64,000 bases of DNA from an uncultured Elusimicrobia bacterium (lineage in GTDB: Bacteria; Elusimicrobiota; Elusimicrobia; 2-01-FULL-59-12), in assembly GCA_963702895.1 (NCBI GenBank), contig OY969767.1:2016001-2080000 (forward strand). The letters run 5' to 3'. The notes below the pieces were generated by a model. It made no database searches and was not told where the DNA came from. It saw nothing but the letters and a program-made list of their open reading frames with translations. Each line of letters opens with the position of its first letter. The stretch's first letter is position 1. Shown here one piece after another: positions 36,859 to 45,431 of this stretch. A program made the translations under genes and the position numbers.

Positions 36859-39171
36859 TTAATTTGCACTCTGAAGCTCTTCATCAAAGGTGGCCTCAAA
36901 CTCCTGATAAGCCAGCCTGCAATCGAGATTGGCCTGCTGGCAGCTGGCGAGGATTTTCTTTAACAGCTTGATGCGTTCGGCGATCGTAGCGCCTGCAGCG
37001 ACCTTGCGGGAGTACTGCAACAACGCCTTTTCATAGCGAATTTGCGACTCGGAGCGCATTTCTTGGGCCTTTTGGGCGGTCGGCGGTTTTGGCGCCACCT
37101 CGGGCACCGTGACGACTGGTTTTGGCGCAGGCGCTGCCTTCGCAGGACCTGCGGTTCGGATAGGTTCTGGCGGCTCATGCTCATAGCGGATCGCTTTGTT
37201 CACAATCCGTTGGAGGGACGCGATTCCATCATTCATCGACATCCCCTGTGCGGGCAAGGACCGCTGGTAGTTCCAGGCCAGGTGCAGCCAAGCCATGTAA
37301 CGCAAGTCCCGCGCGTCTTGGAGGTTCCAGGGACGATTCACCAGGATGTTTTCCAGATACTTCTCCAGGGTGCGCATCAGATAATTCACGCGCTCAGGCT
37401 CTGAGGCTTGGCGCGATCGCAAGTGCGCGTAATAATTCTTTGTGTTCTGCAGTTCATCTTCCAGGTCCATAAACTCCGTGAGTTCCTTCTGAGAGCTCTC
37501 GAAGTAGCTCTTCCAAAGATCGAACTGGGCCTCAAAAGCACCGACACGATGCGCGGACGGCGCCATGAGCAGCGAAGAAACACGCACCAGGAGCTCCTCG
37601 ATGTTTTTCACTTGGGGCACGGGCGACACTCCCAGCGGTCGCGCAGCCGTCAGAGGCACCTGAAGATCTTCCAAAGTCACCGTGGGTGTCGTGGTTGTTG
37701 GGTCCTCCATGATCCCCTTCATCGCTTTGTCCGAAGGCGGCTCTATCTTGGGCGCTTCTTTTGCGAGATGCCCGAGCATCATCTCTGCAGTGACCTGTTC
37801 TTCGGAAGGCGTTCCCGCTCCGGCGCTTGGAGGAATGATGACGATGACGGCAGATCCCGGCTGAGCGGATTTTTGGGCTTGAGCAATCAGCTTCGAAACG
37901 TCTGACACGGATTGAGGCGCCGCGGCTTTTGCCCCTGATGAACCGCGTTGGGGCTGTCCCTGGATCAGCTGTTCCATCTCATTCAGTTCCTGGGCATAGG
38001 CCGAAGACGGCGTCTTGCGAGGTTTTTGCGTCACAGACTTTGGCGTGGCTTTCTTTGCGACAAGTAATTCACCAAGCACGACTGACTCTTCTTTCTTGGG
38101 CTCTTCTTTTTTGGTCTCTTTTTGCCTTGCTTTCAGGATGGGCTGGGCCGGCGCCTCGGGCACACCAAAGCGATAGCTCATCGAGAACCGATGTGTCCCG
38201 GAGGTATCGCCCAGCGTGATGCCGCCCAGATTAAAGACGAACGTATAGTCAAAACCGAGGGCCCCCATCTCATAGCCGCCTCCGAGCGCAAGCTGACGAT
38301 ACTGGCGACTTCCGGCGGCCAAAGACCCGCGGACCGCGACGCGGTCCCCGCCGATCAAACTCCACTTGCGTTCCGCGGCACCGGTCGCGATCGTGTCGCT
38401 CTGGTTGGAGAGTGTTTGCCGTCTTTGCAGGGCACCGGCAAAGCTCAGGTAGCGATTGCGGGCGTAGGAGATGGCCAGTCTTGTCGTGCGCGGGACAATT
38501 TCATGATCAGCGCTTGAGAGCGCGATATTGGGCTCATTGATGTCCTGGAGCGAGAGCGCCAGCGTCGTCTTATCCGTCCACCGGTACAGGGCGCCCAGGT
38601 CCGCGGAGTAGGCGGTGTTCGAGTGGCCGTTTTGCGTGAAGAAGTCGGGCGTGCCGGATTGAACGTTGCCGTTGTTGTCGACGATGATCTGGGGCACGCC
38701 AAAGGAGTGATAAAGCTGCTTGAGGGCCCCGCCAATGGCAATCTTGGACGTCAGCCACTCCCCGTAGCCTAAGGAGAGCGTGCGCTCCTTATAGAGGTCG
38801 TCGAGCCCGAACTGTTTCCAACTTACGGCCAGCGTCCCACCCCAGGACACGGGCTGGCCGTAAGCCAGATAGGTCTGTGATAAATTGGAGCCGTCGGAGA
38901 GGCCCGCGAAGAGTTTCGCGTACTCGGACGTGACTTCTTTCTGCCGGACGCGGGCCAAGGCCGCCGGGTTGTAGGCGAGAGACAGCACGTCATCGCCCAT
39001 CACCACATAGGTGTCACCCAGCGCGGTGCCGCGGGCGCCCGTCCCCTTATCCTCAAACGCCGCGTGGACGGGTACGGCAAACAGCGTAAATAGTGAATAG
39101 AAAATAGGAAGCGCAAGCGCTTGAACTATTGACCATTTACCATTCACGATGTTTGCCTTTGCTGTCATCAT
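36859..39171 (-). CDS. PorV/PorQ-like (FadL superfamily) outer-membrane beta-barrel with long C-terminal extension
   Basis: GARGTALG...DD....YNPAALA start motif and THRFSMSYRFG barrel end, then about 430 aa of Pro/Ala/Lys linker and helical sequence. Confidence 0.75.
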   Translation of the reverse strand: MMTAKANIVNGKWSIVQALALPIFYSLFTLFAVPVHAAFEDKGTGARGTALGDTYVVMGDDVLSLAYNPAALARVRQKEVTSEYAKLFAGLSDGSNLSQTYLAYGQPVSWGGTLAVSWKQFGLDDLYKERTLSLGYGEWLTSKIAIGGALKQLYHSFGVPQIIVDNNGNVQSGTPDFFTQNGHSNTAYSADLGALYRWTDKTTLALSLQDINEPNIALSSADHEIVPRTTRLAISYARNRYLSFAGALQRRQTLSNQSDTIATGAAERKWSLIGGDRVAVRGSLAAGSRQYRQLALGGGYEMGALGFDYTFVFNLGGITLGDTSGTHRFSMSYRFGVPEAPAQPILKARQKETKKEEPKKEESVVLGELLVAKKATPKSVTQKPRKTPSSAYAQELNEMEQLIQGQPQRGSSGAKAAAPQSVSDVSKLIAQAQKSAQPGSAVIVIIPPSAGAGTPSEEQVTAEMMLGHLAKEAPKIEPPSDKAMKGIMEDPTTTTPTVTLEDLQVPLTAARPLGVSPVPQVKNIEELLVRVSSLLMAPSAHRVGAFEAQFDLWKSYFESSQKELTEFMDLEDELQNTKNYYAHLRSRQASEPERVNYLMRTLEKYLENILVNRPWNLQDARDLRYMAWLHLAWNYQRSLPAQGMSMNDGIASLQRIVNKAIRYEHEPPEPIRTAGPAKAAPAPKPVVTVPEVAPKPPTAQKAQEMRSESQIRYEKALLQYSRKVAAGATIAERIKLLKKILASCQQANLDCRLAYQEFEATFDEELQSAN

Positions 39172-41111
39172 CGGGCGACGACCACGGTTCCCGTGGCACT
39201 CTCCTTTCCGGCCTGGATCTTGTAGAGGTAGACGCCGCTCGGCACGACAGCGCCGTTTCCGTCTCTTCCATCCCAGACCAGGGAGTTGGAAGTCGGCGAG
39301 AGACTGCTGAAGGTGATGTCTCGGACCACGGCACCGCGGATGTCGTAAATCGTTCCGGTCACGGGGTCACCCGACGGGTTGTCGAAGAACCAGAAGACGC
39401 GGTTGTTCTGCGACGGATCGTTGGGCGTGATCACGCGCGGGTAAGGCGAGTTCTGTGAGAGTTTGAAGACGGTTCCAATTTGGGTGGCGCGGACCTGGTA
39501 GATTCCGATGTTCCGAACGCTCACGGCGATCTGCTGGGCCGAGGTCAGGACAGGATCGCTCAGCCGGATGTAAGCGGCGCCGTTGTACCAGTAGACCGAG
39601 ACGATTTGAGCGATCGAACCCGGGCCAGGGTCAAGAAATTTCGTGCGGTAGTGGCCAGTTCCTAAAATTGCTCCAAGGCCCAGCTGGACCTGCATGTCGT
39701 TTCGCGAGAAGGCGAAGTTCGGCAACGGCCTGCCGGACTGAGCCAAATAGGCTTCAACGCGGTAGGACCGCAGGGTGACATCCACTTCGTCCTGGGCTCG
39801 GCGCACAATGACCAGCTCAACATCCTCGCCATAGCCGTTGAACCCAGCGTTCAGTTCATGAAGGAGCGCCGCAGGGACCACCACGCGCGTTGTCGGATCA
39901 TCGGCGGCCACGACAATGCGGTTCTCAAGGGTGTCCACATAATCAGAGGCCGCCGATGTGAAGCCGCCCACACCAACAGCAAAGACGCGGTAGTAATAGG
40001 TCTGTGCCCCCACCGCCTCGGAGTAGCTCAAGGTGTCGGCCCCTAAGGTCCCTACGAGCGTCGGAGTGGATTCAATCGCGTCGTACCGGTAGACCGAATA
40101 GTGGTCAAGAGTGATCGGCAGGTAATCTGTCGCGAGGGTGACGGAACTCCAGCTCACGGTAAAGAGACCCCCCGCATTGGAAGCGACAAGTCCATTGGGC
40201 CGCAAGGGTGTCCGGATGATCTGCAGACGTTCGGCAACGACTTCTGAAGAGGGCGGGCTCTCCCAGGCCGTGCCAGGATAGGTCGGCGCCCCTCGATCAA
40301 GGGCCGTGATGATGTAGTAGTAGGAGGTCCCTAGGACAACCGAGTTGTCGCTATAAGAGGTCCCCGTTGACGAACTGAGCAGAACGTAGCCGGTCCCGCT
40401 CTCTGTGGACCGATAAATTTGGTAGGCATCAAAATCAGGCCCTTTCTGGACCGTAGTGAGGTCGGTCCAGGCAAGGTCAATGGACGAGAGAGTGCCGGTC
40501 GCGCTGAGCCCGCTCGGCGTTCCAGGCACCAGATCAACAGGACTCGCTTGGGCAACCCCAGCGATATCGGACCAGAAATCGAGCGAGACGCCCACATCAT
40601 CGGCGGAACGGACGGCGATGTAATACGTGGCCCCAGGGAACAGTGCCAAGGTGTGGTCGGACCCGGTGCCGGGTGGCCCCAAGGTCCTTGTGACGGCATC
40701 CCCTGGAGACTCTCCGTAAAATCCTTGGGCTGTGAAACCGCCAGCGGTATTCCACCAGGCGGTCGTGCTCCCGCCAACGCTGGCCAGTGAAATCGTTTGG
40801 ATCCTGACTTGGTAGGCCTCAAGCGTACTCCCGGGGAATACGGTCGGCGCTGTCCAATCAAGGCGTAGTTGTCCTTCAACGGCCACAGGCGTGGTCGAAA
40901 GGTCAACAATCGTGGCTGGAGGAACTCCAGCAAACGGCCTGACGCTCAGAGAGGCGTCAACGAATGAAGCGGCATAAACCGGTCCGGGCGGGCCGAGTAA
41001 ACACAAAGCTCCCCCGACGAGCACCAGGTGCCGTATCCAACGCGTTACACGCGCGATGAAATTGTTCTCGCTCGTAAGTGCTCCTTTAACTTCCTTCCAT
41101 AACTCCTCCAC
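39168..41111 (-). CDS. Secreted FN3-repeat protein with FlgD-Ig / T9SS-like C-terminal domain
   Basis: LDWTAP, YQIYRS and YYYIITA FN3 patterns; YPRVITPND...IYDIRGAVVR...WDGRDGNGAVVPSGVYLYKI...GTVVVAR. Confidence 0.8.
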   Translation of the reverse strand: MEELWKEVKGALTSENNFIARVTRWIRHLVLVGGALCLLGPPGPVYAASFVDASLSVRPFAGVPPATIVDLSTTPVAVEGQLRLDWTAPTVFPGSTLEAYQVRIQTISLASVGGSTTAWWNTAGGFTAQGFYGESPGDAVTRTLGPPGTGSDHTLALFPGATYYIAVRSADDVGVSLDFWSDIAGVAQASPVDLVPGTPSGLSATGTLSSIDLAWTDLTTVQKGPDFDAYQIYRSTESGTGYVLLSSSTGTSYSDNSVVLGTSYYYIITALDRGAPTYPGTAWESPPSSEVVAERLQIIRTPLRPNGLVASNAGGLFTVSWSSVTLATDYLPITLDHYSVYRYDAIESTPTLVGTLGADTLSYSEAVGAQTYYYRVFAVGVGGFTSAASDYVDTLENRIVVAADDPTTRVVVPAALLHELNAGFNGYGEDVELVIVRRAQDEVDVTLRSYRVEAYLAQSGRPLPNFAFSRNDMQVQLGLGAILGTGHYRTKFLDPGPGSIAQIVSVYWYNGAAYIRLSDPVLTSAQQIAVSVRNIGIYQVRATQIGTVFKLSQNSPYPRVITPNDPSQNNRVFWFFDNPSGDPVTGTIYDIRGAVVRDITFSSLSPTSNSLVWDGRDGNGAVVPSGVYLYKIQAGKESATGTVVVAR

Positions 41112-41262
41112 AAAGGGACATGATTACCCCATGGGGCGATCTTTCCCCTTCCAAGGACAGCGTGGCGGACCCTCCCGAACTTTCGGGTGATCACGCGGCA
41201 ATGGCCAATGAACCTGCCGTGGCCTTAATGCACTCGTAGCAGCCCTCCTTGAAGGCGTCTCC

Positions 41263-41823
41263 TTACTGCGCCGTTCCGGTGAAACGTACTGTGATTTCCC
41301 GTGCGCTGTTGTCGGCGACACTCGTCGGCATATCCAGCCGGAACCACAGATCAACACTCGGCAATGAGCCGCCGGATGTTGTGACCACCGGACTACTTCC
41401 TCCCAACCCTCGCAGGGGGTTGGCTCCTGTTCCATCGAACAAGTGACTGGCCACGCTAAACGCACCACTGGCTGGACGAACGGCTGCCGTCGCCACGTAG
41501 AGCGCGTACGTATTCGCCGCATTGTTCGGTGAAGCGATCGTAGAGGCGAACCAGCCCGCAGGACTTGATTGCGTCTGGATTCGCTTATCGACCGTCACAT
41601 CCACTGAACCGTTATTCGACAAGCTCAGCGCAGAGGCCGTCACGGTTGTGACACCCACATCCAGCGACCCGAACGCATAAGTGGTCGGCGACAACGTCAG
41701 ATCCACCGTCGCGACAGGCGTGACTGTGATGGTGCCATCAACAGGGTTTGAGGCCCTTGCTTGACTGCTGGCCAGCGTTACGAAGACTCCGCATAGCGCA
41801 AGCCATTTGTGTGAATTACGCAT
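41263..41823 (-). CDS. Secreted pilin-like subunit 6 (diverged paralogue)
   Basis: Signal peptide, then SNPVDGTITVTPVATVDLTLSP...LWFRLDMP...REITVRFTGTAQ. Confidence 0.85.
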   Translation of the reverse strand: MRNSHKWLALCGVFVTLASSQARASNPVDGTITVTPVATVDLTLSPTTYAFGSLDVGVTTVTASALSLSNNGSVDVTVDKRIQTQSSPAGWFASTIASPNNAANTYALYVATAAVRPASGAFSVASHLFDGTGANPLRGLGGSSPVVTTSGGSLPSVDLWFRLDMPTSVADNSAREITVRFTGTAQ

Positions 41824-41891
41824 GCATACTCACCCCCCTATTCACATGGTTGTCCTCTCATCGAGGAGTCCTTTTCCATCTGGACTCCCTC

Positions 41892-42458
41892 TTACAGTGC
41901 CGATCCAGTGAAGCGCACCGTGATTTCACGTGCGGTCTGCGCGCTGACTGCGCTCGGCATCGCCAGCTTGAACCACAGGCTCACGTTCGGCGTCGCTCCG
42001 CCTGAAGTCGTGATGGTGGGATCTCCACCGCCCAAGCCCTTCAAGCCGTTGGCTCCGGTCCCGTTGAACAGGTGGTCCGCGTCAACGAAGTCCCCTGTCG
42101 CAGGGCGTGCCGCCGCTGTCGCCACGTAGAGCGCGTACTTGTTCAGCGCTACTGCCGGCGAGCCGATCGTCGCGGCCGTCCAGCCCGCGGGACTTGACTC
42201 GGTCTGGATGTTCTTCTGGACGGTCACGTCCACACTGCCCGAGTTCGACAGCGTGATGGCTGTCGCCGCCACAGACGACGTATTGACGGTGAGCGGCCCG
42301 TAGGCGTAGGTGGTCGGTGACAAGGTCAAGTCCACCGTCGCCACGGGTGTCACCGTGATCGTGCCGTCTACGGGGTTGGCGGCTTGCGCCGTCCCCAGTC
42401 CCAACAACCCAATGCCCAACATCCCAAGCACAACCTTCCATCTTGTTCTGGTGTTCAT
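41892..42458 (-). CDS. Secreted pilin-like subunit 5
   Basis: 188 aa, AQA signal cleavage site, AAGGAGG ribosome-binding site; 754-bp tandem unit. Confidence 0.88.
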   Translation of the reverse strand: MNTRTRWKVVLGMLGIGLLGLGTAQAANPVDGTITVTPVATVDLTLSPTTYAYGPLTVNTSSVAATAITLSNSGSVDVTVQKNIQTESSPAGWTAATIGSPAVALNKYALYVATAAARPATGDFVDADHLFNGTGANGLKGLGGGDPTITTSGGATPNVSLWFKLAMPSAVSAQTAREITVRFTGSAL

Positions 42459-42645
42459 GTGTGTAGACCCTCCTTAAAGGTCGTTTGTCTGTTCGTCCTT
42501 GATGTCATCCCGGCGGTCCGTTCGCCATTCCTCCTGCCCACAAGGGACGGTCCCTCCCCTTGGAGCTTCCAGGACGGCAGCCGAGACCCGTGGCGTTCAT
42601 AAGCGCCACAGACATCCCGATAACGTCTCGGGGATGACGGTCTCT

Positions 42646-43212
42646 TTACAGTGCCGATCCAGTGAAGCGCACCGTGATTTCACGTGCGGTCTGCGCGCTG
42701 ACTGCGCTCGGCATCGCCAGCTTGAACCACAGGCTCACGTTCGGCGTCGCTCCGCCTGAAGTCGTGATGGTGGGATCTCCACCGCCCAAGCCCTTCAAGC
42801 CGTTGGCTCCGGTCCCGTTGAACAGGTGGTCCGCGTCAACGAAGTCCCCTGTCGCAGGGCGTGCCGCCGCTGTCGCCACGTAGAGCGCGTACTTGTTCAG
42901 CGCTACTGCCGGCGAGCCGATCGTCGCGGCCGTCCAGCCCGCGGGACTTGACTCGGTCTGGATGTTCTTCTGGACGGTCACGTCCACACTGCCCGAGTTC
43001 GACAGCGTGATGGCTGTCGCCGCCACAGACGACGTATTGACGGTGAGCGGCCCGTAGGCGTAGGTGGTCGGTGACAAGGTCAAGTCCACCGTCGCCACGG
43101 GTGTCACCGTGATCGTGCCGTCTACGGGGTTGGCGGCTTGCGCCGTCCCCAGTCCCAACAACCCAATGCCCAACATCCCAAGCACAACCTTCCATCTTGT
43201 TCTGGTGTTCAT
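42646..43212 (-). CDS. Secreted pilin-like subunit 4 (protein identical to subunit 5)
   Basis: Same translation as 41892-42458. Confidence 0.88.
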   Translation of the reverse strand: MNTRTRWKVVLGMLGIGLLGLGTAQAANPVDGTITVTPVATVDLTLSPTTYAYGPLTVNTSSVAATAITLSNSGSVDVTVQKNIQTESSPAGWTAATIGSPAVALNKYALYVATAAARPATGDFVDADHLFNGTGANGLKGLGGGDPTITTSGGATPNVSLWFKLAMPSAVSAQTAREITVRFTGSAL

Positions 43213-43399
43213 GTGTGTAGACCCTCCTTAAAGGTCGTTTGTCTGTTCGTCCTTGATGTCATCCCGGCGGTCCGTTCGCCATTCCTCCTGCCCACAAGGG
43301 ACGGTCCCTCCCCTTGGAGCTTCCAGGACGGCAGCCGAGACCCGTGGCGTTCATAAGCGCCACAGACATCCCGATAACGTCTCGGGGATGACGGTCTCT

Positions 43400-43966
43400 T
43401 TACAGTGCCGATCCAGTGAAGCGCACCGTGATTTCACGTGCCGTCTGCGCGCTGACCGCGCTCGGCATGTTCAGCTTGAACCACAGGCTCACGTTCGGCG
43501 TCGCTCCGCCTGAAGTCGTGATGGTGGGATCTCCACCGCCCAAGCCCTTCAAGCCGTTGGCTCCGGTCCCGTTGAACAGGTGGTCCGCGTCAACGAAGTC
43601 CCCTGTCGCAGGGCGTGCCGCCGCTGTCGCCACGTAGAGCGCGTACTTGTTCAGCGCTACCGCCGGCGAGCCGATCGTCGCGGCTGTCCAGCCCGCGGGA
43701 CTTGACTCGGTCTGGATCCTCTTCGTGCAGGTCACGTCCACACTGCCCGAGTTCGACAGCGTGATGGCTGTCGCCGCCACAGACGACGTATTGACGGTGA
43801 GCGGCCCGTAGGCGTAGGTGGTCGGTGACAAGGTCAAGTCCACCGTCGCCACGGGTGTCACCGTGATCGTGCCGTCTACGGGGTTGGCCGCCTGCGCCGT
43901 CCCCAGTCCCAACAACCCAATGCCCAACATCCCAAGCACAACCTTCCATCTTGTTCTGGTGTTCAT
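43400..43966 (-). CDS. Secreted pilin-like subunit 3
   Basis: Variant carrying CTKR and LNMP. Confidence 0.88.
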   Translation of the reverse strand: MNTRTRWKVVLGMLGIGLLGLGTAQAANPVDGTITVTPVATVDLTLSPTTYAYGPLTVNTSSVAATAITLSNSGSVDVTCTKRIQTESSPAGWTAATIGSPAVALNKYALYVATAAARPATGDFVDADHLFNGTGANGLKGLGGGDPTITTSGGATPNVSLWFKLNMPSAVSAQTAREITVRFTGSAL

Positions 43967-44153
43967 GTGTGTAGACCCTCCTTAAAGGTCGTTTGTCTGT
44001 TCGTCCTCGATGTCATCCCGGCGGTCCGTTCGCCATTCCTCCTGCCCACAAGGGACGGTCCCTCCCCTTGCAGCGTCCAGGACGGCAGCCGAGACCCGTG
44101 GCGTTCATAAGCGCCACAGACATCCCGATAACGTCTCGGGGATGACGGTCTCT

Positions 44154-44720
44154 TTACAGTGCCGATCCAGTGAAGCGCACCGTGATTTCGCGTGCCGTCT
44201 GCGCGCTGACCGCGCTCGGCATCGCCAGCTTGAACCACAGGCTCACGTTCGGCGTCGCTCCGCCTGAAGTCGTGATGGTGGGATCTCCACCGCCCAAGCC
44301 CTTCAAGCCGTTGGCTCCGGTCCCGTTGAACAGGTGGTCCGCGTCAACGAAGTCCCCTGTCGCAGGGCGTGCCGCCGCTGTCGCCACGTAGAGCGCGTAC
44401 TTGTTCAGCGCTACCGCCGGCGAGCCGATCGTCGCGGCTGTCCAGCCCGCGGGACTTGACTCGGTCTGGATCCTCTTCGTGCAGGTCACGTCCACACTGC
44501 CCGAGTTCGACAGCGTGATGGCTGTCGCCGCCACAGACGACGTATTGACGGTGAGCGGCCCGTAGGCGTAGGTGGTCGGTGACAAGGTCAAGTCCACCGT
44601 CGCCACGGGTGTCACCGTGATCGTGCCGTCTACGGGGTTGGCCGCCTGCGCCGTCCCCAGTCCCAACAACCCAATGCCCAACATCCCAAGCACAACCTTC
44701 CATCTTGTTCTGGTGTTCAT
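44154..44720 (-). CDS. Secreted pilin-like subunit 2
   Basis: Variant carrying CTKR and LAMP. Confidence 0.88.
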   Translation of the reverse strand: MNTRTRWKVVLGMLGIGLLGLGTAQAANPVDGTITVTPVATVDLTLSPTTYAYGPLTVNTSSVAATAITLSNSGSVDVTCTKRIQTESSPAGWTAATIGSPAVALNKYALYVATAAARPATGDFVDADHLFNGTGANGLKGLGGGDPTITTSGGATPNVSLWFKLAMPSAVSAQTAREITVRFTGSAL

Positions 44721-44852
44721 GTGTGTAGACCCTCCTTAAAGGTCGTTTGTCTGTTCGTCCGTGATGTCATCCCCGTCCAACCGGGGATCCATTCTTTCCA
44801 TTCGTTTTTCCTCTTGGATCCCGGCTTGCGATCCGCCGGGATGACAAAAGGG

Positions 44853-45416
44853 TTACAGTGCCGTTCCAGTGAAGCGCACCGTGATTTCGCGTGCCGTCTG
44901 CGCGCTGACTGCGCTCGGCATGTTCAGCTTGAACCACAGGCTCACGTTCGGCGTCGCTCCGCCTGAAGTCGTGATGGTGGGATCTCCACCGCCCAAGCCC
45001 TTCAAGCCGTTGGCTCCGGTCCCGTTGAACAGGTGGTCCGCGTCAACGAAGTCCCCTGTCGCAGGGCGTGCCGCCGCTGTCGCCACGTAGAGCGCGTACT
45101 TGTTCAGCGCTACCGCCGGCGAGCCGATCGTCGCGGCCGTCCAGCCCGCGGGACTTGACTCGGTCTGGATCCTCTTCGTGCAGGTCACGTCCACGGTCCC
45201 GGTATTGCTCAACGTGACCGCTGTTGCCGATACCGAAGACGCGCTCACGGCGAGCGGCCCAAAGGCGTAAGTGGTGGGTGCAAGCGTCAAGTCCACCGTC
45301 GCCACGGGTGTCACCGTGATCGTGCCGTCCACGGGGTTAGCGGCTTGCGCCGTCCCCAGTCCCAAAAACCCGAAGCCCAACACCCACGTCATGATTCTTT
45401 TCATGTTCGTATGCAT
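44853..45416 (-). CDS. Secreted pilin-like subunit 1
   Basis: Different signal peptide and N-terminal third; the remainder is nearly identical to subunit 3. Confidence 0.88.
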   Translation of the reverse strand: MHTNMKRIMTWVLGFGFLGLGTAQAANPVDGTITVTPVATVDLTLAPTTYAFGPLAVSASSVSATAVTLSNTGTVDVTCTKRIQTESSPAGWTAATIGSPAVALNKYALYVATAAARPATGDFVDADHLFNGTGANGLKGLGGGDPTITTSGGATPNVSLWFKLNMPSAVSAQTAREITVRFTGTAL

Positions 45417-45431
45417 AAGTTCTCCCTTTCC

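Noticed and set aside
36859..41111. Complete canonical type IX secretion system
   Set aside because: Only a PorV-like barrel and one CTD-like domain are present; no SprA or PorKLMN in the window.
41263..45416. Type IV, sortase-dependent or type V pilins
   Set aside because: No class III G|FxxxE leader, no LPxTG and no lipobox; the leaders look like standard signal peptidase I substrates.
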